Under the pieces are notes generated by a model, which was not told the DNA's origin, ran no database searches, and saw only the letters and a program-made list of their open reading frames with translations. This document shows, piece by piece, positions 26,083 to 41,000 of a stretch of DNA of 64,000 nucleotides (positions are counted from its first letter, which is position 1; each line of letters begins with the position of its first letter). Both the position numbers and the translations under genes were made by a program. Origin of the DNA: Amoebophrya sp. A120 (lineage: Eukaryota; Protista; Dinoflagellata); the NCBI GenBank assembly GCA_905178155.1, contig CAJINV010000014.1, forward strand, positions 62,001 to 126,000, written 5' to 3'.

Positions 26083-29000
26083 TCAATCCGAGTTATCGGC
26101 TGCATGCTCACTTGCCGCTTTGCCTCCCTCTGCTTCGTCCGATCCGGCCGCGGGGTCGGAGTTGCCCTCCTATGGAATCCAAAGATGTCTGGATCTGGAA
26201 GGTTGCAACTTGTGATGCTGTCTCTGGAGGAAGGTCAAAAAAATCAGCATTGCGTGACCAGCAAGAGGAGTTTCGTTTGTGCTACCCGGAGTGGGCGTTT
26301 CTCATGCGGAATACGCATCAGAAGGTCCTTGAATGAAAGATCAGTGATGCTAGGTCATGCATTACAGGCATCAGGGGTTATGCAAAATATGCATGACAAG
26401 CCTGGCAATCTTCCAGACCCAGAAATTTTTGCATTTGATACCTCCGCGGATTGAGCAATTTTTCGCGCATTTTCCTGTATGACTTGCAAAAGTAATATCG
26501 TGCTAGTAGTAAAAAAAAATCGCATGACAAATTTCCTCAGAAGTATAAAAAATTGTCATGCGCAGCGTTCACCTAAAGAAAAAGAATTGTAAATCATGCA
26601 GGACTGCGATTTTTACTACGTACTAGTACTCCTACGATCATAGTACAACAACTTTTGCAGTGCCTATCCTGCGTGTTGTTCACAGGCACCAGGTCATAGT
26701 TGTGGTTGCGGGTCCGCCTGTATGCATGGCAAATATGTCTGGGTCTGGAAGATTGTGAGATTTCTCATGCTAGTTTGGCATGACTCTGAGCTCTGTATTG
26801 CGTGGCCACGAACACCTCCTCTTGTCTGTCATGGAAAAACGATGTTTCTCATGCGGAATACGCAACACAGAGCTATGGGAAAATTTGTCATGCTTGGCGG
26901 TGCATTACAGTGCGCTTCCTGTTCACTGACATGCATCACAAGTTTCCAGACCCAGACATATTTGCATTTGGTAGCCTGTAACACTCCAGCTCGTCTATGC
27001 CGCCGGAGTACGTCCCGGCGGGTTCCTATGGATGTGTCAGAGTTGAAATCGACACAGTTGAAATAATTTGTCATGCATAAAATCGATACCAGTTGGAAGC
27101 CCAACTTTCAAGCGGCGCATGACAAATCTCGGCGGTCCCTAAATCTTGTCTGTCATGCTGTTTAGGCAAAGAAGAGTGATTTTCTCAACATGCTGCTTTA
27201 GCAGCTCGAGCTGTAAGCCCGAACAGGCTTACAATCGGCCTCACTTGCCTGCTCTGCAACACACGCGCCTCGGGTCATGCGTTTTATGCATGACAAACTA
27301 TTTCAACTTTGTCGATTTCAACTCTGACACATCCATAGTTCCAGGGGCGGTGGCGTTGCATTCGCGTCGTTGCCCTCCGCGGCGGCATATCAAATGTAAA
27401 AGTGTCTGGGTCTGGAAGGTTGGAACTTGTCATGCTAAATCTGAATGACGCAAAAATCTGTGTTGCGTGAGTGCCAAAAGCTGTCCGCTTTTGACCAAGT
27501 TGAGAGGGAGTTTCTCACGCAGGAAAGGCACGTAGAGACCTCAAAAAATCTGTCATGCTGGGTCTTGCATTCCAGACCTCATGGGTCATGGAAAACCTGC
27601 ATCACAACTCTTGCATTCTTCCAGACCCAGACACTTTTACATTTGATACGGCATCCTGCTCTGCCAACGCCTGCGCGCTCGTCTGTGGCTCGTCCGGGTT
27701 GAGCACCATGTAATTGATATCACCGTACGGGCCCGACAGCGTGGTGGTTTTATTTGGATTCAGATCCAAAGGGCCGATCACTTGGGGCCCCTCACGGTAG
27801 TCGATATACTTTTATGCATTGCAAAAAGAAAAGCATCGCACTCGTATAAATGTATTTCCACAGCACGAGAAATAAAATTTGTAATGTTGATTTACCCTAA
27901 GAACAAGATTTGTCGTGCATAATTGCAATACGAGTACGATACTTTTGCACAGGATAACTTTCCCAGAATTTTGCAGGTGGGTCCCTGTGCCGCGATGTAG
28001 TACTTCTCAAAGCCCACACACTCGTCGAACGCGTCGCACAGGGCGGCGCACTTCTATGGCGTTCTCAAGCGTTACGTGGTATATTGTATTGCAAGAACAG
28101 CAAGAACAGTCAAAGGGGCAAGCTTGCTCCTTTCGCATCACAGACTTTGCACAGATAAAAATCCAAACGCTGTTTATATAGTACAACTTCGGAGATTTGT
28201 CATGCGAACAAGCAGCTTGATCGTCCGGCGGCTCAAGGAAGTTCTTTCGCATGACGAATTCATGCAACAGTTGAGAAGGTAACCGATTTGAGAACGCCAT
28301 AACTCCGGGACGCTGGGTTGGAGCGCCGTCCCAAGATCCAGCATGAAGGTCGTCGATGGCCACGGCGCCCACGCCCCGTGCTCCTGTGCGCAGACCCCAT
28401 TGCCCATAAACTCGTAGGGCTCGGGAATAATCACGCACTCGTGATACCCCATAGCGCTGAAGCTGGTGAGGGGCGCGTAGTGGCACTCCTCCGGGTCGGC
28501 TTGGTAATTCTTCATGCAGCACGCCCCCTGGTACTGGCGGACGTCGTTGCTCAGCCCGTTACAATGGGCGCAGTATCCTGCCTTCTGGCAGCTTTCCAGG
28601 CAGCCGCGCTGCATGGGGCCGCAGTTCTCACACAGGGGTTTCGTCACGTCCGGGGAAGAGAAGTAAGGCGCCCACCGGCTCAACCACCAATTGTCGTTGG
28701 AATAGAAGTGCGCGCCACAGATGTGGAGGTACCCGTCGCTGTTTTCGTTTCCCACCACGTACAAGTACTTGAACGGTTGTCTGTTCTGTAGTAGGGTAAG
28801 ATCCACGATTGCCTATCAAATGCAAAAGTGTCTAGGTCTGCCACAAGGATGGAACTTGTGATGCTGTCTTCGGATTCTATAAAGAATCTGTGTTGCTATG
28901 ACCAGCAAGGGGAGTCCTCCATTTTGTACGTCTACTACGCGGGGAGGGCATTTGTCATGAGGAATAGGCATCCGGAAGCCTGCTAAAAATCTGTGATGCT

Positions 29001-32000
29001 GATGCTAGGTCATGCACTACAGGCATCATAGGTCATGCAAAACATCCATTACAAACCTCGCGATCTCCATCTCCCAGACCCAGACATTTTTGCATCATTC
29101 CATATTGCCCCCGGGCCTGCAATTCTGTCTTGAAACTTCCCGTAACCCGGAACGACGTCGGGAAGCCGCAGGTAGTCCGTGCCCTCTGTGTGGCCCGCCG
29201 CGTCTTTGAAACTTAATAGCTCCGCTCGTGTAACTGCCTCCGGGTCTGACACCGGGTATGAAAGTGCACAACTCCCCCTCCCCCTCATTTCTATTGCATG
29301 AACAGGAGCGTCAGCAAGAATACAGGATTTGCATGACAAATTATTTGGACAGGACTGTATTTCTATTTGGGCTGCCAAAACTTGTCATGCAAACAGTGCC
29401 AAGCGTCAAGGCCCTTAGTTAGGCACTTTGCATGACAAATGAGGGGGAGGGGGAGTTGTGCACTCTCATACCGGGGGATCCAAAAACACGAAGCCCCCGT
29501 TCAGCCGCGCCCTCGAGGTTTCAAAGTCAGCCGAATTGTCTAGGTCATTCCTCTATCAAATGTAAAAATGTCTGGGTCTGGAAACTTGTGATGCTGTGTG
29601 GCGTATCATGAGGAGGCGACAATTGCTGGCTCAGCATGACAAGTTTCTGAGCTTCTAGGTGTTGCCTATTCTGCATGACAAACTACGTTTCTGCATGACA
29701 GAAAAGTAGGGCTCTTCGGTAATGTGCATGACAGATTTAAGAGTCATGCCAGACAAGCATGACAAACTTGCATTCTTCCAGACCCAGACATTTTTACATT
29801 TGATATCCTCCCGGGGGGCATGTTCTCGGATCCTTCCACTACGTCGCCGATGTTCCAGAGCTCCATCGAGGAGAGCGTGTGCTCCCGCCCGTCCGCGAAC
29901 TCGATGCGCCACCAGCCCCGGTCGCCGTCCCCCGCCACCGGACCCGCCGTGCTAGCGCAAACGAGCGGGCGCGCGTCTGGATTTCTGTCTGTCAAGTGAC
30001 GCGAGTTCGCTCTGCCCTTCTGGTAGCTGAGGGGCAGCTTGGCCAGGTCCAGAATTCCGGGGAGGTCGGTCGCTCTCGTCGTGCTCTGCGTGGCGCGCAG
30101 CAGATCAGGAAACACCCGCAAACGGGGCTCCGTCATCCACCACTGCTCCGTGGAAAAGGCGTGGAAGCCACAGATCTGCATCGCTTTACGGTGATCTTTA
30201 TCGCCATTCGACTTGGCCTTGGTGTACTGTCGTGGGCCAATGATGTATGGATGCGTCAGAGTTGAAATCGACAAAGTTGAAATAATTTGTAATGCATAAA
30301 ATGCGATACAGAAAGTGACTCTATTGCAGAGGACGCAAGGGAGGCAGATTATAGTCCTGGTAAGGGTCAAAAGTTGGACTGCTGACTAGCATGACAGAAG
30401 GCAGCTCTTTTGCCCTAAACCGCATGACAGACTCTTTTCCAGGACCGGGAAGATTTTTCATGCACCGACTACAAACTGCAGGTCTAACTGGCATCCATTT
30501 TATGCATGACAAACTATTTCAACTTTGACGATTTCAAACCTGACACATCCATATGATGTAGATGTACTTTACATCTCGGTGGTCCGGGTCCAGCGTCACG
30601 CTCCATCCCCGTGGACCTTTGCCATCGGTCCCTGCGTAATTGGGAATGTCGTCAGAAAGCTCGAACCACAATTTGTCTTTCTGGCCTGACTCGTTGTCCT
30701 TTCTCCACGTTTCCAGCACTGTTGCGATTTCGTCCGTTGCAGTGTCTTTCAGGGAGGCGGGCAGGGTGTCCTTTCCGTCATCTATAATTGCAAACCCCTT
30801 ATTCATGCAGTCCTTCCAACCCAGGGCGTTCCAAATCTCCACCCGAGAAAGTGTGTGCGTCTGTCCATCGTTAAACTCCATGCGCCAAAAACCGGCGGCG
30901 TAATTGGAACCGTCGGCGTTTGGTTTTTTCCACCCGGACATAGCACACACGTGAGGTCGCCTCGTATCCCACCAGTGGCGTCCTGTGTTACTACCCAATA
31001 CGTACCCGAGCGGGTTGCGCGCACCGTCCTCCGGTCTGTTCGCTGAGCTGAGCGTGGCATGGAGATGGTCTGGCGGCACCCTATATTCTGCTTCCGTTGT
31101 ACGTCTATCCGTTCTATCAAATGTAAAAGTGTCTGGGTCTGGAAGAATACAAGATTTGTGATGCAGGTTTTCCATGACCCATGAGGACTGGAATGCGAAA
31201 CCCAGCATGACAGATTTTTTGAGGTCTCTATCATTTTGTTCCTGCGTGAGAAACTCCCTCACAACTTGGTCAAAAGCGGACAGCTTTTGGCACTCACGCA
31301 ACACAGATTTTTGCATCATTTAGACCAGCCATGCTCCGGCTTCCGCCGGAGCGCAAGGCTGTTGGGCCGGGGCAAAACTGTTTGCCGATTGGCATTGGAC
31401 CACAACACCACGGGCCTGCGCACAACAAAACATATTGGGGCCCTGCTGCCTGTTTGCGCCGCGCCAACACGCAGGACCACTTGCGCGCTTCCCGCACCTG
31501 TGGGCGCTCTGCGCAGGGAGCAGCTGCAAAGAACACCGGGGGCGAACAGAAGCCGCCCGGCGCGAGAGGGTGGCGCGAGAGGGTAGCGCGAGAGGGTAGC
31601 GCCAGAGGGTTGCGCGAGAGGGTGGCGCGAGAGGCTGGCGCGAGAGGGTGCGCGAGAGGGTGCGCGAGAGGGTGGCGCGGAAAGACACCGAACAAAAGAA
31701 GTTCCCGAATGGCCTGCAGTGCGAAATATGGGTAGCGCCATGCGGATGCGCGCCAATTTCCTTCCGTTTTTACCCTCTCGCAGACCCTCTTTTTGACCTC
31801 TTTCGGGGGTCCCCGCTAATAATCCGGCTATACTCACGGGTAGAGGGCGACAGAGGTGGCCGAGAGGTGGCCAAGAGGGTCCGCGGGAGGTCGCCCCTTA
31901 TTCGCGCAACCTCTCGGCACCTCTGTCCACCTCTCGCCTGCCCTCTTTTCTACCTCTCGGCACCCTCCGAGGCGCTTAGCGGCCCTAAAGGGCGACCGGT

Positions 32001-35000
32001 TCGGCGGGCTATACTCGCTCCACCTCTCGCGCACCCTCTCGAACTGCCCCCCGCGTCACCTCTCCACCTCTGTCGGCCTCTTTTTGACCTCTTTTGACCT
32101 CTTTTTTACCTCCCGGCCACCTCTCGTGTACCCTCTCTAGACCAATATTTTCGCATGAATATAATAGATAGTAATTTAGCATGACAAGTTGCAACCTTCC
32201 AGACCCAGACATTTTTGCAATCCATACGTTCTTGCAAGGTCGCCATGTTGACTATCGTCCTCTTGCGCGAATGACGCAGCGCTCAGATCGCCGCTCCGCT
32301 GCGACCACGCGGCCGCACTAGGGGAAGTGGCTGAGGACGACCATGAGGACATGCATTGCAAAAGTAGTGGTGCGCTCCTAGTGGTAGTAATTGTAGTCAT
32401 GCATTTCTTTCCGGAAATAAATCTGCATTGTAAATTGCATGTCTCATAATTCTGCGAAAATTTGTCATGCGATTTATACTAGCGCGATACTTTTCCCTTT
32501 GCACTGCATAGAGGAGGTGGCTTCACTATTGTTTATCCCGTCCTCATCCAGCACTGAGCTGGTGGTGCTTAAGGCGTTCTTGTTACTACTTTGCTGCTCT
32601 ACTACCTGAAGCAATGAGTTCCGCAGTTGTCCTTGCAGCACAAGCGTGACCCCAGCCGCCGCGGTAGTGGTGGAGGTTGTAGTTGTTGGCGCAGTATGCA
32701 TTGCAAATATGTCTTCAAAACTAAAAAAAATATGTGTTACATAAACTCAATTCTTGCCAAGCAAAACGTGAATTTCTGATGCGGAACAGGCATGAAAAAG
32801 CTCCTGCGCAATCTGTGATGCTCCTGAGTGCACTCCATACCATGTCTGTCCTTCACGAGATGCGTGACAAACTCCCCCAATTATGTTTCAGACCCAGACA
32901 TAGTTGCAGTTGATATGCAGTTCCACCTCCCGCTGCTTCACGTTCCGACTCTAGAGTCGCTTGCACGGGAATGACACAGACGAAGTAGTCCGCTGCCCCA
33001 TAAAACTCGTTCGCGGGCACGCTCGCGCACTCCCGCTTCGTTGCTATTCCCGGACAATCTTTAACCGACATCGTGATCTTCCCCATCCAATTTGTCATGC
33101 GAAGATAATAAATAGTGGAATTGTACTTGTACACGAACAGTGGAGCTTTCCCGCCAAGGCCCCTCTTGGCCCAGAGCCTCGACCACGGGCGGGGCTGGCA
33201 AAATTCGCCGCGCTGCCGCGCACACGAGCAAGGGAAGGCCCGGGCCTGCAGAAGGGGGGCCCGCCGGAAGGGGGGCCGCGGCGCAGGTCCACGAGCTCGC
33301 GCGTAGCCCAGACGGAGTTGGTCTGCCCGCCCGTCTCGCAGATGCCCCCGCCCCCGGAAGGGCCACCGGGAAAGCCGCGGGCAGGTTCGTTGGCTCACTG
33401 CCGCGGCACAAAGAGGGCAGACAAAAATATAAAGCTTCGGCGGGCGTGTGCCAGATATGGGCCCCCCTTGCTTCCGGCCGTACGCAGAGCAGGAAAAGGG
33501 TTCGGCGAGAAGCAAAAAGGCGGGCCCCCGAAGGCCGCCCGCCCTGATTGAAGGCCCCCCCGGAGGCCCCCTAAGGCATCCCCTGCGGCTTCCCTCCGAG
33601 GCCCTTCTTGGCCTACCCCCAACCCCTTTCGTTTCTTGCTGCCGCGCACCGGCGGAGTCAGCAAGCGGAGCCGCATTCGCCGCACAAAAGAGCAAGGGAA
33701 GGCTGGCCCGGGCCTGCAGAAGGCCTCCACGCAGATCAGCGCGCGCGCTGCCCTTGCGGGGTTGGTCCGTCCGTCGCGTCCCGCAGATGTTCCCGCCCCC
33801 GAGAGGGCCCGCGGCAACGCTCCGATCGGGCACATTGGGCCACACTGCCTGTGGCCCCCCTGCCTGGGAGGGGCCCCCCAGGCCTGGCCCCCCCCTGCCT
33901 GGGTCACTCGCTGGCGGCCGGCCATATGTCAGCAGAGCAGAAGTTGGCCGGGATTGGAAGCAAGAAGGCAACTCCCTGAGTCCCCCCGAAGGCCCTTCCC
34001 GCTCCCTCGGCCCCCAGTGGGCTTGCCTTGGAGGCCCCCCGTTGACCCGCCGGGAGGCTCCTTGGCACTCAGCGCACGGAAGCAAAACGCGGCACGGCCC
34101 CCATAAGACCGCGGCCAAGGTTGTCGCGCGCGCGCGCCCAGGATTTCCGGAGTTGATGTCGCAGATGTTTGCTTCCCCGGAAGGGCCAGGAGCGGCCTCG
34201 CTGTGGGGCGAGAGACTCTGCCTCGCCGCGGCATACAGAGAACCAGCACAGAGACGCGCAGGGCTTTTGGCACTGCGAGCTGTACTACGGGGATTTTCCA
34301 TGGCACAGCTCGAGTTTGGCACCGCACAGAGGGCTTCCCCATCCAATTTGTCATGCGAAGATAATAAATAGTGGAATTGTACTAGTTGTACACGACCAGT
34401 GGAGCTTTGTAGAAGTCGCGCAAACAAAACAATAAGTGGATAGGGATGTCGTTGTTGGCTATCTTAATTTTCAGGCAATAGTTGCAGCGTCTTTCCGACA
34501 GCAGGCACCGCGGGCTTTTCCGTCTTTGGAGTCTATTGCAAGCAAAAATGCGCCACCCCAGATCGAAAATAAACGCATCCGCCAGAAAATTTGCGATGTA
34601 GATTTGTGGCCACAGATCGGGTCTGTCTTGCAAGGCGGCACGCTCAGGCTGTCCGCCACGTTATTAATACGCAGGCGGTTTGTAGTCATGCTGCCAGGCC
34701 TACAGGGTAGCCGTCTAGTACCATGCTAGGCACCTACACAAAAAGGACCCCCCCTGGGCTCATGATCCGCGTGCATTCGTCCTCTACTGCAACACAAATT
34801 TGAATTGTGTATCCAAGTCCAGCATCAGAAATTTCGTTTTGATATGGGGAGGGGGAATTTTTCCTCTTGATAGAGTCGCACGCGTAACACCAACCCTCGA
34901 TAGCCACGCCGGAGGACGGGTTCCTGCACGCAAAGGGGCACTCCATCTGGTTGGGCCCCATCGCGAGCATGGGCAGGATGCGATCCTTCCGGATGTTGCC

Positions 35001-38000
35001 GGGCATGTGCAAGGGAGAATACAGCACACACTGGTGGTACCCGAAAAAATTCCCGTCGCGATCCTTACTGAAATGACTCATGGTATGGATGTGTCAGGAT
35101 TGAAATCGACAAAGTTGATGAAATGATTTGTCATGCATAAAATGAATGCCAGTTGGAGCCAAGTTTTCAAGTGGCGCAAGACAAATTTTGGCGGTCCTTA
35201 AATCTAGTTTGTCATGCTGTTTAGGCAAAGAAGACTGATTTTCTCATGCTACTGTAGCGGCTCGAGTTCTAACCCCAAACAGGCTCACAATCGGCCTCAC
35301 TTGCCTGCTCTGCAACACACGAGCCGCGCGTCATGCGTCTTCATCTGCGTTGAAAATTATTTCAACTCTGACAATTTCAAACCTGACGCTTCCATACATG
35401 GGAATCTGCTTGCACTCGGGAGGGTCCAGCGCCGCGTTCGCCCGACATATGGCTTGCTCAGATGTTACAATCTCAAACGTTACAATAGAATCTGGAATTC
35501 GTGTTGCATGAACAGCATCTGTACCATACAGAGAATTGGGTTTTTCGCAATACAAATTTCGTTAGATTCTCATGGGGTTTGGGGCAGCTCCGAAACTTGT
35601 CACGCGCGCTCCTTTGGGAGTAGGCCAGATGTTGCGGATTTTGCAACACAAGTTCCAGACTCTATTGTAACGCTTGAGATTGTAACACCTGAGCAGGTTA
35701 TACGACAGCAGGCGCCTTATTGAGAGGAAAAATCCCCCCTCCCCATATCGAAAAGGTATGTTTGCGAAAATTTGTCTTGCTGATTTGAGACCACAAATCA
35801 CGTCTGTCTTGCAAGAAGACAACTCCACAGGCTCTGCCGCATTATGCAGGCGGTTTGTGATGCTGTTGGGCCTACAGCGTAGACGTGTCTCATGCTAAGC
35901 GCCTAGGCCACAAGCTCTCTACTCAGGCTTGGCAGGAGCCTGCTTTCCTCTACTGCAAGACAGACCTGATTTGTATACGCAAATCCAGCATCAGAAACTT
36001 CCTTTTGATATGGGGAGGGGGGATTTTTCCTTGTGATACGCCTTTCTCGCTCTGGTCTGCGGCGAAGCACCCGGAACACTCGCCCGGCTGGTCGCACATC
36101 CGCATATGGATTGTAAAAATGTCTGGGTCTGGAAGAGTCGGGACTTGCCATGCACATTTTGCATGACCCGTGAGGTCTGTGATGCTGGTGCTAGCATCAC
36201 AGATTTTTTGCGAGCTTCTTGATGCCAATTACGAATGACAAATGCCCTCTCCACGTGCCAAGAACTGACTCCTCTTGCTGCTCATGCAACACAGATATTT
36301 TTAGAATCCGCAGACAGCATTTACAAGTTGCATTCTTCCAGACCCAGACATTTTTACATTTGATACCGCAGACATTCCTGCAACCTCGGCCCGCAGTGCG
36401 CCGGCTGCAACGTCGAGGGAGGCTCGGTGTCGGATTCGCTGTTCTCGAGTGCAGTCGCCGCTGCCGTATCCACTACCAGCTTTCGCATGGAGCACACGGG
36501 TACCACGCCGGATATGGCGTAGTTCTCAAACGTTACATTCTGAACTGTTACATGAATTTGTAATGCAAGAATAGCACATGTGAGGTGGAGAACTACCTTG
36601 CGCGTCTTGCATTACAGATTTGGTGCGGATAATTCTAGTGCTATTTAGAGGACCTCCGACCATTTGTCATGCGAAGCAGCTTGATCGTGTGGTGGCTCAT
36701 GGTCATTTTGCATGACAAATCGTGTAACAGTTGAGAATGTAACAATTGAGAGCCCCATACCGGAGGAGAGAAAGACCGCCCGGCCGCCGTAGAACGCATC
36801 AGCGCTGTTATCCTATGTAAAAACGTACCCACGCCAGAGTTGTAATGCAGATTTGCAAAGACAGGAAGACTTGTAATGCGCATCCCCATGAGAGCCATTT
36901 CCAATCGTGTTTTGGAATTTGTGATTCTGTGAACAGGATGAGCAGATGAGTCTGCGACGCGGCTGCACTTGCTAACCTGCACTACACTGCATAGTGCAAC
37001 TTGTCATGCGTGACTCACAAAACTCCTAGGTTTGTGTTGCAAAATCCTCATCCTGACTCTGGTGTGGGTACGTTTTTACTCAGGATAGCTGTTCGTGCCA
37101 TCCGCTCCGTGCTGGTCCACTGCAGCGGCCACGTGTGAGCCTGTCCAGATGCATCGGTGGTCGCACTGACCCCCAGTACACGAACACACGCTTCCACCCT
37201 GACACGAAGCGGTCGCGTCGTTGGCGGTCCAGTCGAAGGTGCTGTCATTCGGCTCCCGCTATCGCGAGAAAAAATCCCCCCCTCCCGCCCATTATATTGA
37301 AACGACACGCGACTGCAGATTTGTCGTGCTGATTTGTGGCCGCAGCTCTCGCCTGTCTTGCAAGAGGGCAAAGGAAGAAAGTCCGCCGCACTATGCAGGC
37401 GGTTTCTGATGCTGCTACAGGACCTACAGGTAGGACGTCTGTCATGCTTCTAGGCGCATACGTTAGAACATCCGTCGTGCCCCCATGCTTTGTATCTCCG
37501 TGCAGTCCTAGTAGTGCAGGACAAAGCTGATTCGTGTAAACAAATCCCGAGTCACACGTTTCCACTTTGTCTTTGACATGGGGATGAAGGATTTTTCATT
37601 TTGATATCTGCAGCTCTTCCCTCGTGCACAGTCTCCGATTGCCCGACAGTCGGCATCTTTCCTCGGCCTGGTAGAAAGTTACCCGATCGACGGTGCCTGG
37701 CTATGCAAGAAAAAAGCTACGGTCTAAGTCGTGCAAGTCTGTGACGCAGAACATGCAACAGAGTTGCACCTGTCACGCCAGACAGCCACGAAATCCTCTT
37801 TTCATGTGTCGGGTTTTCCCTTACAAACCACACATGACAGGTTTTCTCTGTCATGTAGAGCAAATTTGTGATGCTGTCAGCCAAAGAAAGTTACACTTCT
37901 AACACAGTTTTTTTCTTGTATATTGGCGTCATGCAGTCCACTCTCTTTTCCGGATTGGCATCGACTTCAAAAAAGTTTGTTGTGCTGAACCCCGCAGCGT

Positions 38001-41000
38001 CAAATGCAAACATGTCTGGGCATGGAAAGAAGTTCTTGTGATGCTAAAGTATGCAAAGAAAAGGATACTTAATTCTGGCACGACTCTCAAGTGCAGCGAA
38101 ACATGACATAAGGTTCAATTTACTAGACGCCGACGTCTGAAGATCCATAGTTTCTTCATGACAAAAAGATGGTGCCCTTGATGCTGACTGATGTGCAGTA
38201 CAGATAAATCTCCAGAATCCATCGAATGCAAGACATGCGAACGCAGCTTCCTCTTTTCCAAACCCAGACATATTTCTTGCACTCCTGGATACTCAGTGTT
38301 TATCTCTTCGTCGCCACAGCACCGATAGTAGTGCATCCTGAGTAAAAAACACGTCCCCATTTATTTCCCATAGCCAAGCACGAGCTGGAAAAATCTCGGC
38401 AAGAACACAAATCCGGAAGCTTTGGGTGTCACGCATGACAAGTTCCCCCTCGCTGTTTCGTAGTTGCACATTGTTTTATTAAGGACAGTCGTTTATCATA
38501 AGGCCGTCACCTTGTCCTGCTTGCAGCATTTTTACAGTTGCCAAAACACGAGGACTTTCTACACGGACGGGAAGATGTGTATTACACACGTCGGTCCCAC
38601 CCGTAGAACTTGCAAATCTTAATCTGCGTGAGAGGAGCTCGGGGACGATCATGAAAGAAAAGGTTTACTTTTACACAGGATATAGTGCCCTTCGTTCTTG
38701 TTGTAAGCCGTGGCGTCCTTTCCTACCTTTTCACAGCCACTAAAGCCCGCCTCCAGGTTAGGAGCGTTAGCACCTCCGTTAATGTGAGCGTAACTCCGGC
38801 CGCGCTGTACGTAGGCCTGCGGCGCGTAGATCTGGTCGATTATAAGCCGCTGGAGCACCATATGGATGTGTCAGGATTGAAATCGACAAAGTTGAAATGA
38901 TTTGTCATGCATAAAATGGATAAGTACCAGTTGGAAGCCTCATTGCCAAGCGGCACATGACAAATTTTCGGAGCCCTGGAATCCAATTTGTCATGCTGTT
39001 TGGGCACAGAAGACTGCTTTTGTCATGCTCCTTTAGCAGCTCTATCCCAAACCCTAAATAGGCTCACAATCTGCCTCATTTGCCGACCCGGCAAGACAGG
39101 CACTTCATGCCTTGCATTTTATGCATCACAAACTGTTTCAACTTTGTCAATTTCAAGCCTGACACTCCCGCCATACACCACGCCGTCTTTGCCCGGTCGG
39201 ATGGTAATCTTGAACACGCGCCCGTTGCCCCCCGCGGGGTCCGCCGGGTCGGAGAGGTTATGCATTGCAAGTCCAAATATGTCTGGTGTTTTGTCTGGAA
39301 GCAAGACCTTGGTACAGCACAGGGAAGAGAACTCAGTCTGGATGGGTGTCATGCTATCTTTGGACGCTAATAAATATAAATCTGTATTGCATCTTCATGA
39401 CCACGAAGAGGAGCCCAGATTGTGCTACGTCGAGAGGGCCTTGATGTCATGCGGAAAAATAGGCATCAGGAAGCCTTCCAAAATAAATCAAAATCTGTGA
39501 TCATGGTAATTCAGTCACTACAGGCAACATGATGGACCATGCAAAAAAACATGCAGGACAGACCTGGCAATCTTCCAGACCCCCAGAGCGTCGTCGATAT
39601 TTGCATTGGATAGAGGTCAAACTGCGACGTTTCTCCGGTAGCTTGGTCCACGGCGTAGCCGTTCGCGTACTGGTTGCTCGTCTCCGTCGTGCCACTGGCG
39701 GTCAGGGTAGCCGCGGCATCACGAGGAAAAAGTGTATACGGTTACCCATTTGTTGGAGTTTCTGCATCGCAAATTTTCTCTGTCTGGCAGGGAAAACTTG
39801 TAATGCGAAGATGATAAGGGAAAACAGGAAGGAACCGAGGCTCCCAAGCATTTTTTTCCTGCATGAGAAAGGTTATCTGTGTTGCCGGTCTTGCAACACA
39901 ATGTGTAACTGTAACACTTTTTTCTTCGCATACGCGGGAATCTTGCTCCACTGTTGCTCCTCCCCGACTTTCACCCACATCAGATCGCTTTGCGTCGCAC
40001 TCACAAAGTGATCGTCGTCGATGCCAGACCCTTCGAGAGACTTCTCCAAGTCGATCCCGGGCGGCGGGCTCCCGCGGACCCGGGCGATCAGTTTGATTTG
40101 CTTGTCATCCCGGAATATGCATTGCAAAAGTATCGCACTAGTAGTATATAATTGCATTACAAATTTTGGCAAGAAGAAAAAGGGGATATGTAATGCTGTT
40201 TTACCTTAGAAGGCAGATTTGTCATGCGCATTTGCAATTAGTACGAGTACGATCATACTTTTGCACAGCATACGGAACTGACCCAGCGTCATGAAATAGA
40301 ACACGGCCCGACTGTCGAGCAGCTCGGTGTCACAATCGTCCGCGGTAGGATTCTATGCACTGCAAAAGTATCGTAGTACTCGTAGAAATGCATTACAAAT
40401 TTCTTCAGCATGAGAAATAAAATTTGTAATGCGGATTTGGCTTCAGGAAAAAATTTGTAATGCATGATTGCAATACGAGTACGATACTTTTGCACAGGAT
40501 AGATTCTCGCAGGCCCGCTGCACGGCGTTGTCCGGACACCAGATCGCGTCTGGATGCGTGTCCCCCTCCAGGTACACCCACCGCCAACACCCGGACAGAG
40601 CTCCCTCGTGCCCCTGAATCTGTTTGTCCATGCCCGAATTCCCGAACAGTATGGCGCAGCTCTCAACTGTTAGTACACTCTCCACTGTTCTTACAATGGA
40701 TTTGTGATGCAAGAATGGGAAAAGCAGAAGAGAAAGAGGGGAGGTTTAGTTTGTAATACAAATATCGCACTACAAATATAGGTGCTGTTTAGCCCTTCGC
40801 ATTTTTTTTGTCATGCGAAGCAGCTTGAATTTGATAGCGTGGATGACGATGATGATAGCATTTTTGCATGACAAATTCACGCACCCGAAGTTGAGAATGT
40901 AAAAACGTTTGCGAACCTGATAAAGAACGGATTAGGGTTTAGGGTTTTGTCATTGGCGCGAAGCTATCAAATGCAAAAATGTCTGGGTCTGGAAGAGTGC

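Noticed and set aside
32853-34427. 524-aa and 307-aa ORFs
   Set aside because: They arise from a very GC-rich insertion inside an intron. Only the exon at about 32916-33044 is supported by paralog similarity.
40932-40949. Telomere-like TTAGGGTTTAGGGTTT
   Set aside because: Only about two units, in frame within a gene B exon (KTLNPNP); not a chromosome end.
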